Notes: generated by a model from the letters alone, not told the origin. 64,000 nucleotides of DNA from Dehalococcoidia bacterium (GCA_965204335.1 OZ241982.1:2815956-2879955); one strand, 5' to 3'. Numbered from the stretch's first letter, positions 18,610 to 27,924 are shown. Translations and numbers: made by a program.

Positions 18610-18966
18610 ATGACCAACCCCACGCCACAGGCCATCCAGCAGCGCTACTGGGAACTCGCCAACAGCCCCAGCGAACGCGGCTACGTCCAGGTTCGGGCCC
18701 TCGACTCACTCTCTCGACTGCTCGATCTCTTCCCCCGGCCAAAGCACACCGCCTTCTTCGCCGTGCCCACGCCCGAGCCCGCGCCACAGCCCCTTGACCC
18801 CTCCGTCCGACCCGCCGACGTGGTCCTGATGAGCGACAAAGACCTCGACGCCCTGATGGTCAGGGAAGAAGCCGATGCCGCCGCGCAGACCGCGGCCAGG
18901 ACCGAATCCGAAGACGACGATGAAGACGACGAACCTTCCAACTCCGACGAAGATGAACCTCCCTAA
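18610..18966 (+). CDS. Small protein resembling an HTH-less terminase small subunit, with acidic tail
   Basis: QVRALDSLSRLLDLF resembles the TerS K-ALELLGK-LGMF helix; MSDKDLDAL resembles TerS C-terminal LSDEEL segments; divergent from terL. Confidence 0.55.
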   Translation: MTNPTPQAIQQRYWELANSPSERGYVQVRALDSLSRLLDLFPRPKHTAFFAVPTPEPAPQPLDPSVRPADVVLMSDKDLDALMVREEADAAAQTAARTESEDDDEDDEPSNSDEDEPP

Positions 18967-19077
18967 TCCCCCGCTCCCCGAGGATCGCGAGCGATCCCCC
19001 CACCCCGACCCGGCGTTTTTTTCTTTCGCCCTCCCCATCCTTCCCGGCACGATCGCGGGGTCAGCGGGGACGGGGAG

Positions 19078-19128
19078 CCCCCCTCTGTCCCGACGGGACA
19101 TCTCCCCCCGCCCGAGGCGGGGGGAGAG
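19078..19128 (+). repeat. Family-B palindromic repeat
   Basis: CCCCCCTCTGTCCCGACGGGACATCTCCCCCCGCCCGAGGCGGGGGGAGAG, between convergent genes. Confidence 0.85.
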
Positions 19129-19141
19129 CGGAAGTGGGCCG

Positions 19142-21022
19142 CTAACGCGAGTAGCCGGGGTCTTCGGATTCGTACTCCTCGGCGTTGGCGCCCATGGCGA
19201 AGAGGAGCTTGGCGAAGTCCTGACCCGCCTGGGTGTCGCGGAGGTCGCGGGGCAGCTCCTCGAACCAGTATGCGATCTCGTCCAGGTGCTCGGCGGCGAG
19301 GTTCATCGTGCCTTCGCTGAGACCGTCCTGGCCGAACCAGCTGTAGCGGTCGGCGGCCAGCGCGACGACCGAACCGAGGTCGAGCAGGGCGTCGTCGCCG
19401 AAGCGGGACACGCCGCTGACCAAGTCGACCTGCTGGCGGTTCGACTCGTCCGCCATCGGGGTCAGCCAGCGCAGCTCGATCTCACCGAGATCGATCACGT
19501 CCTCTCGCAGCGCGTCGGCCGTCAGTTCGACCTCGAAGAACATGGTCGTGGCCGAGCCCATCGGAATCTCGGCGAACTCGCGGCGGTCCTGCTCGAAGTT
19601 GCGGTCCGCGGTGACGCGGTTCTCGTAGCCGACCAGCCGCCAGGCGAGCACCGAGTCGTCGTCCCAGCGCACCTGGGCGCGGGCCTGGTCGGCGAACGGG
19701 ATCGAGAGCGCCAGCCAGTTCTCGCGGCTGAACGTCGAGCGGGCCTGGGCGACGTCCTGGAGGTAGCGGTACCAGCCGTTGCCGTGCTGGGCGAGTTGCT
19801 CGAGCAGCACGTCGTTGTAGTTCTCGATGCCGACGCCGACGGTGATCAGACGCAGCGGATTGGATTCGTCGCGGTCCTCTGCGGTGCGCAGGATGGCGAA
19901 CGGGTCGGTGGCGTCGACGTTGGCGACGCCGTCGGACATGAGGATCACGTAGTTGTAGGCATCGGGCCGGTCGCGGCGGATGTCGTCGGCCAGCTCCACG
20001 CCGAGGTTGAGGCCGGCCTGCACGTTGGTCGAGCCGGTCGGAGCCAGGCGATCGATGATTCGCCGAATGCCGAGGTTGTCCGGGTGCTGATGGCGCTCGC
20101 TGGCCAGGATGTTGTTCGAGAAGAGCACCACCGCGATCCGATCATCGCGGCCGAGCCCCCGGCGAATCGATTCGGCGGCGGCTCGGGCGATCTCGACTCG
20201 ATTGCCCTCACGCATCGAGCCGGACGCGTCGAGCACCAGCGTCACGTTGAGCGGGGTGTTGTCGACGAACTCGGGCGCCTGCGTGGCGATCCGGACCAGG
20301 TGGAGGTCGTCGTGCAGCGGATGCTCGACGATCTCGGTGGTGACGGCGAAGCTGTCGGTCGCGTCGGGCAGTTCGTAGCTGTAGTTGAAGGCATTGATCC
20401 ACTCTTCGGCTCTGACCGACGCCGGTTCGATCCGGTAGCCGGCCTCAACCCAGTTGAGGGCGAGGAAGTACGACGTGCGGTCGACGTCGAGCGAGAACGT
20501 GGACGTGTCGTCGTCGACGGTGTCGCGCCAGCCGGTGGTGGCGTAGTCCTCGAAGTTGGTGGAGCCGGGCAGGGAGCGGCGCGGCGTGCGGCGCTCCTCG
20601 CTGGATCGCTGTTCACGCTGTTCGCGGCGGGAGCGGGAGCTGTCGGACGAGGCCTGCTGAGCCTGTTCCTGCTCCGCGGCCTGCTCGGCCTGTTCTTCTT
20701 CTTCCTCGTACTCGGCAACCGCTTGCTGCTCTTGTTGTTGGGCCCGTTGTTGGGCTTGCTGGGCGACGGCCTGTTGTTCCTGCTGTTGGTAGGCCTCCTC
20801 TTGCTGTTCCTGGTGTTGCACCGCCTGCTGTTGTTGCTGCTCTTGTTGCTCAACCTGTGCCGCAGCCTGTGCGACGCGGGTGGGCTGCTCGCTTTCAGCC
20901 TGTTCCGCGTCGTCGCTGCAGGCGGCGGAGAGCATCGCCGCGGCGACCGCCAGGATGATCAATGGCGGCGCGAGGATGCGAATCCACCTCCGGGTGTTGG
21001 TTCTGGTCTGGCTCTGGTTCAC
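19142..21022 (-). CDS. YfbK-like VWA-domain lipoprotein with Gln/Glu-rich linker
   Basis: AGGAGG + GTG at 21022; LSAAC lipobox; STFSLDVDRTSY, VRAEEWIN, DASGSM MIDAS, SDGVANV, RLVGYENR. Confidence 0.9.
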   Translation of the reverse strand: MNQSQTRTNTRRWIRILAPPLIILAVAAAMLSAACSDDAEQAESEQPTRVAQAAAQVEQQEQQQQQAVQHQEQQEEAYQQQEQQAVAQQAQQRAQQQEQQAVAEYEEEEEQAEQAAEQEQAQQASSDSSRSRREQREQRSSEERRTPRRSLPGSTNFEDYATTGWRDTVDDDTSTFSLDVDRTSYFLALNWVEAGYRIEPASVRAEEWINAFNYSYELPDATDSFAVTTEIVEHPLHDDLHLVRIATQAPEFVDNTPLNVTLVLDASGSMREGNRVEIARAAAESIRRGLGRDDRIAVVLFSNNILASERHQHPDNLGIRRIIDRLAPTGSTNVQAGLNLGVELADDIRRDRPDAYNYVILMSDGVANVDATDPFAILRTAEDRDESNPLRLITVGVGIENYNDVLLEQLAQHGNGWYRYLQDVAQARSTFSRENWLALSIPFADQARAQVRWDDDSVLAWRLVGYENRVTADRNFEQDRREFAEIPMGSATTMFFEVELTADALREDVIDLGEIELRWLTPMADESNRQQVDLVSGVSRFGDDALLDLGSVVALAADRYSWFGQDGLSEGTMNLAAEHLDEIAYWFEELPRDLRDTQAGQDFAKLLFAMGANAEEYESEDPGYSR

Positions 21023-21133
21023 GTGGTCCTCCTGACCGACTGCTTCGGGGCGGCAGATTGACGACCGGCTGTCGCCCCGTTGCAGGGTTAGACGATGTAA
21101 ACCACGCAATAGTTCCCGGAATCGGCGAACGGG

Positions 21134-21190
21134 CCCTCACCCCCCGACTTCTCGGGGGCAGGCTCCTGCCCTCTCCCTCGGGGAGAGGGA
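21134..21190 (+). repeat. Family-A repeat variant with an inserted hairpin
   Basis: CCCTCACCCCCCGACTTCTCGGGGGCA...CCCTCTCCCTCGGGGAGAGGG. Confidence 0.75.
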
Positions 21191-21252
21191 GACGGAGGGG
21201 AGTGCGGCTCGCGTATCATTGGACCAACGGATGAATCTGAAATGAGGGCACA

Positions 21253-22068
21253 ATGGCTAGCGCTCCGACTCGCGTGCATGTGGTGACCGGTGGATTTCCG
21301 CCGGGACAGCACGGCGGGCACGACATGGACTTTGCCCGGCTGCGGCTGCTCGACATGCTGTACTCCGACGGCAACGTCCGCGCGACGACCGGCAACGACT
21401 TCACCGACATGTGGAAGTGGCTGCCCGTCACCGACGTGCTGATCACCTACACGGCCGGTCCCTACGCCGACGACCCGCAGAACGAGATCCTGCGCGACTG
21501 GATCGGCAACGGCGGACACTGGGTCGGCCTGCACGGCACCTCGGGCGGCAAGGCGGCCCGCATCGGCGACGGCAAGCGCGCCATGGTCAAGATGGAGCAC
21601 CACGAGACGCTGGGCGGGTTCTTCATCAACCACCCGCCGATCAAGCGATTCACGGTCGACGTGAAGAGCGTGGACTCGCCGATTCTCGAAGGCCTGCCCG
21701 AGCAGTTCGACGTGATCGACGAGCCGTACATGATCGAGATCACGGACCGTCCCAACACGGACATCCTGCTGACGGCGCCGATCGGCCCGGACAACTATCC
21801 GGACTTCGGCTTCGACTACGAAGAGGACACCGCGCTCGAGGCGGACGGCATCACGCGGGTGTTCGGCTACACGCGCGGGATCGGGGAGGGCGGAGTCTGC
21901 TACATCGCCCTGGGCCACTGCCACTCACCGCTGACCAACTCGCAGCCGTTCGTCGATGAGAACGCTCGCGACGAGAACGGCGACATGCCGAGGACGCTGC
22001 GCTTCACCTGGGAGACCGAGGAGTACGGTCAGTTGCTGACCAACACCCTCAATTGGGCTCGGGGCTGA
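21253..22068 (+). CDS. ThuA-like (class I glutamine amidotransferase-like) domain protein
   Basis: GHD, GGHWVGLHG, LGGFFINHPP, DEPY, G.G.V.YIALGH. Confidence 0.82.
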   Translation: MASAPTRVHVVTGGFPPGQHGGHDMDFARLRLLDMLYSDGNVRATTGNDFTDMWKWLPVTDVLITYTAGPYADDPQNEILRDWIGNGGHWVGLHGTSGGKAARIGDGKRAMVKMEHHETLGGFFINHPPIKRFTVDVKSVDSPILEGLPEQFDVIDEPYMIEITDRPNTDILLTAPIGPDNYPDFGFDYEEDTALEADGITRVFGYTRGIGEGGVCYIALGHCHSPLTNSQPFVDENARDENGDMPRTLRFTWETEEYGQLLTNTLNWARG

Positions 22069-22072
22069 GCGG

Positions 22073-23113
22073 CTATTCGCCGGCGAGGGGCTCGGGGAGC
22101 ACGTCGAGGAGGCCGGTGAAGATGTCGGCTTCTTCGTCGACCGGGGCGGCCTCGACCGGGGCGACCGTATGGCGGACTCGCGGACGTTCGCTGAAGAGGG
22201 CGTTGAAGATTGACTCGGCGTGTTCGATGAATCCGAGCGAGCCGACGCCCTCCACGTAGATCGGTCGGCACTGGGGCAACTCGGCGGCGATCCGCTCGCC
22301 CATCTGAATCGGGTGCGATTCGTCCAGCATTCCGTGCCAGAGCATGACGGGGAAGTCGACGTCTCGCAACTCGAAGCCCCATGGTTCGAGGTGATGACGC
22401 GCCTCGTCGCCGGCGGCCGCCGGGCCCTGGCGGAAGGCCTCGCGCAGGTCCGTGATCCTGTTTGTCCTGGTCGGCTCGGAGCCGAGCACCGCACCGTCGA
22501 CGGGCGGCATGCGTTTGATCTGTTCGGCCACGACACGATCCGGCCGCTTCTGCACGGAGCGGCCGTAGCCGCGCATCCAGAGTGAGGCCAGCCGCTGCGA
22601 CTTGAGGAATAGCGTGTAGATCAGCCGCCACTCGTAGGACATGCCTTCGAGCACTTCGCCGGAATCGATCACACCGAGCCCGGAGATCGAGGCCACACGG
22701 TGCAGTCGTTCAGGCATGAGCAGCGCACACGCGAGGGTATACGGCAGCCCGGCGGAGATGCCGGCGACCGAGAACTTCTCGAATTCCAGGTAATCGGCGA
22801 GCTGGCGCAGATCGGACGGCCAGTCGAGGATTGTGCGTCCCGGCAGCGGATCGGAGTAGCCGAATCCCGGTCGCTCGGGGGCGATCAGGCGGACGCCGGA
22901 GCGGGCCGCGCCTTCGGCCATGACGGCGGCGGCGACCCGGGACGAGGGAAGGCCGTGATGGAAGAAGATCGGATCGCCGGCGGGATCGCCGTACTCGGTC
23001 CAACTCAGGGCTCGACCGTCGGACAGCCGCACCACGCTATGTGGCGGCTCCGGTTCTTTGTCGGTGGCGCGGCTGGAGACCTCGGCGGTTGTCATGTAGT
23101 TGGATCGTATCAC
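22073..23113 (-). CDS. Alpha/beta hydrolase
   Basis: LSDGR.L...EYGDP.G, HHGLPSSR, RPGFGYSD, GISAG nucleophile elbow. Confidence 0.9.
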   Translation of the reverse strand: MIRSNYMTTAEVSSRATDKEPEPPHSVVRLSDGRALSWTEYGDPAGDPIFFHHGLPSSRVAAAVMAEGAARSGVRLIAPERPGFGYSDPLPGRTILDWPSDLRQLADYLEFEKFSVAGISAGLPYTLACALLMPERLHRVASISGLGVIDSGEVLEGMSYEWRLIYTLFLKSQRLASLWMRGYGRSVQKRPDRVVAEQIKRMPPVDGAVLGSEPTRTNRITDLREAFRQGPAAAGDEARHHLEPWGFELRDVDFPVMLWHGMLDESHPIQMGERIAAELPQCRPIYVEGVGSLGFIEHAESIFNALFSERPRVRHTVAPVEAAPVDEEADIFTGLLDVLPEPLAGE

Positions 23114-23137
23114 TCGCGGTGAGCAGGGAGTGGGGAG

Positions 23138-23171
23138 CCCTCACCCTAACCCTCTCCCAGGGGGAGAGGGG
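23138..23171 (+). repeat. Family-A palindromic repeat
   Basis: CCCTCACCCTAACCCTCTCCCAGGGGGAGAGGGG. Confidence 0.9.
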
Positions 23172-23195
23172 ACCAGAGGGAGCGGGGACGGTAGA

Positions 23196-24944
23196 TCAGT
23201 CTGTCGGCTCCGACACGAGCAGTTCGGCTTCGACGTCGTCGGCGAGGTTCTCGATGACCGGGGTCTCGCCGAGGCAACCGTCCTCGACCTGCATGTCGAA
23301 GGCGTCGGCGAAGTAGCGGTAGGACTGGTACTGGTCGCCGTACTTCATGTGACCGGCCGTGTGATGCGCTGCCGAGAGCAGGAGCGTATTGCGCATCTCG
23401 GACGAGGTGCGGCGGTAGTCCTCGAGCATGCAGAGGCCGATCTCCTGGTTGTGCGGATCGTTGCCCTGCTTGGCGATCCCGTCGGCCAGGGTCTCGACCA
23501 GGGGCGCGTCGTCGTAGCCCTGCTTGAGGTAGTTCTCGACCCAGAACACGGATTGCTCGGTGTCGAGCGCGAGCATCGCCTCGTTGAGTTCGCCGAGCAG
23601 CTTGCCCTGCGACATCGGCGGCGCGTCCTCGTCCATCGAGTAGCCGGCGAAGTAGGTGGCGGCGCCGCGGGTCTTGTTGCCCTTGGAGTTGGTCACCCAG
23701 TGCGCGCACTGATTGATGAAGTTGGCGGCGATGAAGAGCAGCTTGGTCTTGTGCGGGTGGTCGAAGTTCTCGTAGAACCAGCCGAGCATGTTGGTGTACT
23801 CGTAGCCGTGCTGCGGCATCGAGAAGTTGGCCGGCAGGCCGCATTCGAGCACCACGCGAGCGGCGGCGATCTGGATCGCGTCGAGAATCGACCTGGGCGA
23901 TCGCCCGGCCTTGAGCAGCGCGACGATGTCCTCGATGTAGGACTCCTCGGGCTCACGGATGATCGAGCGGATCAGACCCTCGGCCTCGGGCGGCGAGAGC
24001 GGGATCTGGTTGGCGAAGAGTTCGATGTCGCGGGTCGAGGTCTGGGTCGCATTGAGCGAGGAGGCAGGCGGCTCCTCTTCGAGGTGGTACATCATGATCT
24101 GGCAGGCGGACTCGAAGAGCGAGTACCAGCGCGGGCCGACGGCGATGTCGGGCACCCCGGCGTAGAGCACGTGGTGGGCATTGTCCCAGCCGATTGCGCG
24201 CCCGAGCTGGATTGTCGAGCGTGCGCGGAAGGACTTGTGGCCCGTCGTGTAGGAGCGGTTCCAGAACATCCGATCCTGGACGTCGATCAGGCCGGCGAAC
24301 ATGAGCTGACCAAGGAGTGCTTCGCGGCGCTCCGGGAACTTGTCCCAGAGGCCGAGGAAGAGCGCGTATTCCTCGTTGACCTGTCCGTACTGGACGAGCG
24401 TGAGCCAGTCGTTGAGGCCTTCTTCGAGCGAGCCGTCGTAATCCGCCGGCTCCTGGTCGTCCCAGTGAGCGGCGGGCGGGGCCGGACCGTCGGGGTACTT
24501 CTCGGGATCGTAGGTGCGGCGCGAGTAATGTCCGGGCATCCTGCCCTTGAGCTGGTTCCAGATATCGAGGCCGGTGGGCACGTACCAGGCGGTCTGGCTG
24601 AGCGGCAGATGACGCATCTCCTCGGAGACCATGTTCTGCAGACCCAGCGTCGCCCGTGACGAAAGCAGGCAGTGGTCGTTATTGACGAAGCGCACGATTC
24701 CGGCGTCGATCCGCTGGTGATAGGGCACATGCGTGTACGGAGCGTGGGCGCGGATCGTCTCGGAGAGGATCTCCGTGGTCGGACGTCCGTCGCGGATCAG
24801 GTCAAAGGCCTGATGCAGGGCTGAGGTGTTGTCCCGTCCCACGATCGTCTCGCGGTAGCGGTCGTAGGCGGCGGCCGTCTTGCGATCCATGTAGGCGGGA
24901 GACGACCCGCTGTCGCCGGTACCGGATGTCTTGTGCAGGCCCAT
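23196..24944 (-). CDS. Hypothetical, probably helical protein with four spaced His motifs
   Basis: Long ORF with strong host codon bias; GGAG RBS before ATG at 24944 (alternative start 24890). Confidence 0.8.
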   Translation of the reverse strand: MGLHKTSGTGDSGSSPAYMDRKTAAAYDRYRETIVGRDNTSALHQAFDLIRDGRPTTEILSETIRAHAPYTHVPYHQRIDAGIVRFVNNDHCLLSSRATLGLQNMVSEEMRHLPLSQTAWYVPTGLDIWNQLKGRMPGHYSRRTYDPEKYPDGPAPPAAHWDDQEPADYDGSLEEGLNDWLTLVQYGQVNEEYALFLGLWDKFPERREALLGQLMFAGLIDVQDRMFWNRSYTTGHKSFRARSTIQLGRAIGWDNAHHVLYAGVPDIAVGPRWYSLFESACQIMMYHLEEEPPASSLNATQTSTRDIELFANQIPLSPPEAEGLIRSIIREPEESYIEDIVALLKAGRSPRSILDAIQIAAARVVLECGLPANFSMPQHGYEYTNMLGWFYENFDHPHKTKLLFIAANFINQCAHWVTNSKGNKTRGAATYFAGYSMDEDAPPMSQGKLLGELNEAMLALDTEQSVFWVENYLKQGYDDAPLVETLADGIAKQGNDPHNQEIGLCMLEDYRRTSSEMRNTLLLSAAHHTAGHMKYGDQYQSYRYFADAFDMQVEDGCLGETPVIENLADDVEAELLVSEPTD

Positions 24945-25224
24945 AGAGCGCTCCAGGCACTGAGTACGGAATTGCTGAAGTTGTTGCGCAGTATAGCGAG
25001 GGGTTGTCTGGCGGCCTCGGGCTGGATCGGGGAGCCCCTCTCCGCCACCAGCCTTCGCCGGGGGAGAGGGGTGTGTGGCGGCGGTCGGACGAATGGCCGG
25101 AAAACGTACGCACACGTACTCAATTTCCAGCCGTGCATGTCCTATATTGCCCTTGTAGAGCAAACGCGCGGGCTTGACCGATTTTACGTACCCGCGCACG
25201 GACGTTTCTGGAGAGGTGCCTCAC

Positions 25225-26622
25225 ATGTCTGACGACCAACGAGCGCTGGTCGCCCATCTGATGCGTCGCGCCGGCGCCGGCGTGACGCCCACCGAGCTGG
25301 ACGAACTGGCCAAGCGGCCGTACGCCGAGATTGTCGAGCAATTGATCAATCCGGCCCTGGCCGAGGACGAGGACGACCTCGTCTTCCGCTACTTCCCGGC
25401 GCTGGCCAACTCGGACACGCCGTGGCCCTGGAGCGGCCGCTGGATCTACTGGATGGTGAACTCGGACTCGCCGCTGCGCGAGAAGATGGCGCTGTTCTGG
25501 CACCACGTCTTCGCGACGGCCTGGTTCAAGTCGGAGCACGGACCATCGATGCCGGTCCACATCCAGATGTTCCGCGAGCACGGCCTGGCCAACATGCGCG
25601 TGCTGTTGACCGAACTCTCGCGCGATCCGTTAATGATCTTCTGGCTGGACAACAGCGAGTCGGTCGTGGGCGCGCCGAACGAGAACTACGGGCGCGAGCT
25701 GCTTGAACTGTTCTCGATGGGCGTGGGCAACTACACCGAGGACGACATCAAGGCGGCCGCCTACAGTTTCACCGGCTGGACCTTCGAGCAGCCGATTCCG
25801 CTGTACCCGCACGGCGGGTACCCGGCGCGCTTCGTCTACCGCGACGACCTGCATGACCACTCCGACAAGGAGTTCCTCGGCCACAAGGGCAACTTCAACG
25901 GCGAGGACATCATCGACATCATCGTCCAACAGCCGGCAACCGGCCGCTTCATTGGACGACACCTCTACAACTTCTTCGTCAAGGACGAGCCGGGCGTTTC
26001 GGCCTGGTCCGTGACCGACCCGGGCAACCCGGAGGCCGTGGCGGAACTGGCTTCCGCCTTTGCCGAATCGAACGGCGATCTGCGGGCCGTGATGCGCGTG
26101 CTGCTCAACGCCGAGTGGTTCAAGGAGGCGCGCTACGAGCGAGTCAAGTGTCCGGCCGAGTGGGTTGCCGGCGCATACAAACTGTCCGGCAAGCTCGGCG
26201 TCCCGCAGCCTGAAATGTGGAATCTGCACATGACGATGGGCGCGATGGGCCAGAGCCTGATGGACCCGCCCTCGGTCGAAGGCTGGCACACCGGCAAGGA
26301 ATGGATCGACGGCGGCACGCTGATGGAGCGGATCAACTTCGCCTCCAAGCTGGTCTCCGATCCGTCCACACCGGGCGTGCAGGAGCTGGTTAGCCGCCTG
26401 CAGGAGATCGGGGCGAGCAGTCCCGAGGAGCTGGTTGACGCCACGCTCGACTTCGCCGGACCGCTGGAGGTCTCGGACAACACGCGCGCGGCGCTGCTGG
26501 AGGCGGCGTCATCGGGCGGCGATCTCTCGTTCGACGGCGACGAGGCGGTCGAGGAAGCCGGCCAGCGGGCGGCGCAGGCGCTGCGCCTGGTAATCGCTTC
26601 GCCGGAGTACCAGTTCGCGTAG
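25225..26622 (+). CDS. DUF1800 family protein
   Basis: HL.RRAG.G, LREKMALFWH.VFAT, PNENYGRELLELFSMG, YTEDD, FTGW, PPSVEGW, SPEYQ. Confidence 0.92.
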   Translation: MSDDQRALVAHLMRRAGAGVTPTELDELAKRPYAEIVEQLINPALAEDEDDLVFRYFPALANSDTPWPWSGRWIYWMVNSDSPLREKMALFWHHVFATAWFKSEHGPSMPVHIQMFREHGLANMRVLLTELSRDPLMIFWLDNSESVVGAPNENYGRELLELFSMGVGNYTEDDIKAAAYSFTGWTFEQPIPLYPHGGYPARFVYRDDLHDHSDKEFLGHKGNFNGEDIIDIIVQQPATGRFIGRHLYNFFVKDEPGVSAWSVTDPGNPEAVAELASAFAESNGDLRAVMRVLLNAEWFKEARYERVKCPAEWVAGAYKLSGKLGVPQPEMWNLHMTMGAMGQSLMDPPSVEGWHTGKEWIDGGTLMERINFASKLVSDPSTPGVQELVSRLQEIGASSPEELVDATLDFAGPLEVSDNTRAALLEAASSGGDLSFDGDEAVEEAGQRAAQALRLVIASPEYQFA

Positions 26623-26627
26623 GCGGA

Positions 26628-26695
26628 CCCTCACCCTAACCCTCTCCCAGAGGGAGAGGGGACCGGATGGCCCTCTTCCGGAAGGAGAGGGGACC
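26628..26695 (+). repeat. Family-A repeat plus degenerate tandem copy
   Basis: CCCTCACCCTAACCCTCTCCCAGAGGGAGAGGGGACC followed by CCCTCTTCCGGAAGGAGAGGGGACC. Confidence 0.85.
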
Positions 26696-26723
26696 AAAGC
26701 AAGCAACGGAACGGAACAAATCA

Positions 26724-27887
26724 ATGAGCGGCAACGGACACAGCGAGAAGAAGGACCCCGTCCTGGTCATCGTCCAGCTTTCGGGAGGCAACGACTTCAT
26801 GAACACCCTGGTCCCGTACACCCAGGGCCACTACTACGACGCGCGACCGCTGGTCGGCGTTCCCCAGGACGAGGTCATGCCGATCAACGACGAGCTGGGC
26901 TTCAACCCGGCCGCCGAGCGCATGAAGAAGATGTACGACAACGGCGACGTCGCCGTGATCCAGGGTGTCGGATATCCGAACGCTTCACGCTCGCACTTCC
27001 GCGGCATGGACATCATGCACACGTGCGAGCCGGACCGGATCTCGACCGAGGGCTGGGTGGCGAAGCTGATCCAGCGGCTCGACCCGGACTCGGAGAATCC
27101 GCTGACCGGAATCAACATCGGCCGCGGCCTGCCGCGCGCGATGGCGATGGCGGGCGTGACGGCGACCTCGGTCGGCGACCTCGACAACTACGGCCTGATG
27201 CCCGACATCCAGGCGGAGGAGGATCGCAACCGCGATCTGGAGATCTTCAAGCGGATGTACACGCCGGCGATCGGCGCGGGCATGGTCATGGACTATCTGC
27301 GCCAGACCGGGATCGACTCGCTGGCCGGCGCCGACATGCTGGCTCCGGTTCCGGGCATGTACGAATCATCGGTCGAGTACGGCTCGAACCCGATCGCGAA
27401 GGCGCTGCGCGACGTGGCTCGAATCCACACCGCAGGCCTGGGCGCTCGGGTCTTCTACACCAACCACATCGGCTACGACACGCACTCTCACCAGCCGCCG
27501 GTTCACCCCGGCCTGTTGCGCGACATGACCGGCGCGCTGGACGACTTCCTGACCGACCTGCGCGAGCACGACGCGGCCGAAGAGGTCGCGGTTCTCGTCT
27601 TCACCGAGTTCGGGCGGCGGATGAAGGACAACGGCTCGGGCACCGACCACGGTTCCGGCGGCGGCTCGTTCATCATCGGCGAGCACGTCGAGGGCGGTCT
27701 CTACGCCGAATATCCGTCGGTCGACCCGAAGGACTGGCTCAACGGCGAGGACCTGCAGCACACGGTCGACTTCCGCGGCATCTACGGCACGATGCTCGAG
27801 CAATGGATGGGCGTCGAGCCGGAGGAGATCGTGGTCGGCGAATTTGAACAGGTGCACCCGTTCAAGCAGACGATGCTGTCGAACTAA
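26724..27887 (+). CDS. DUF1501 family protein (no Tat signal)
   Basis: LVIVQLSGGND.MN, VGYPN.SRSHF, GYDTH, TEFGRR..NGSGTDHG, VDFR. Confidence 0.92.
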   Translation: MSGNGHSEKKDPVLVIVQLSGGNDFMNTLVPYTQGHYYDARPLVGVPQDEVMPINDELGFNPAAERMKKMYDNGDVAVIQGVGYPNASRSHFRGMDIMHTCEPDRISTEGWVAKLIQRLDPDSENPLTGINIGRGLPRAMAMAGVTATSVGDLDNYGLMPDIQAEEDRNRDLEIFKRMYTPAIGAGMVMDYLRQTGIDSLAGADMLAPVPGMYESSVEYGSNPIAKALRDVARIHTAGLGARVFYTNHIGYDTHSHQPPVHPGLLRDMTGALDDFLTDLREHDAAEEVAVLVFTEFGRRMKDNGSGTDHGSGGGSFIIGEHVEGGLYAEYPSVDPKDWLNGEDLQHTVDFRGIYGTMLEQWMGVEPEEIVVGEFEQVHPFKQTMLSN

Positions 27888-27891
27888 GGGG

Positions 27892-27924
27892 CCCTCACCC
27901 TAGCCCTCTCCCACAGGGAGAGGG
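27892..27924 (+). repeat. Family-A palindromic repeat
   Basis: CCCTCACCCTAGCCCTCTCCCACAGGGAGAGGG. Confidence 0.88.

Noticed and set aside
18980-19026. Intrinsic terminator after the TerS-like gene
   Set aside because: The GGATCGC/GCGATCC hairpin is about 18 nt away from the T-run, so the geometry is not canonical; left uncalled.
15017-19130. Prophage or phage satellite around the terminase
   Set aside because: No integrase, portal, capsid, tail, primase or visible att repeats; neighbours are metabolic genes and a VapBC pair.
24945-25199. N-terminal 85 aa of the 667-aa ORF
   Set aside because: Runs through a degenerate repeat and the divergent promoter; codon bias and RBS favour a start at 24944 or 24890.
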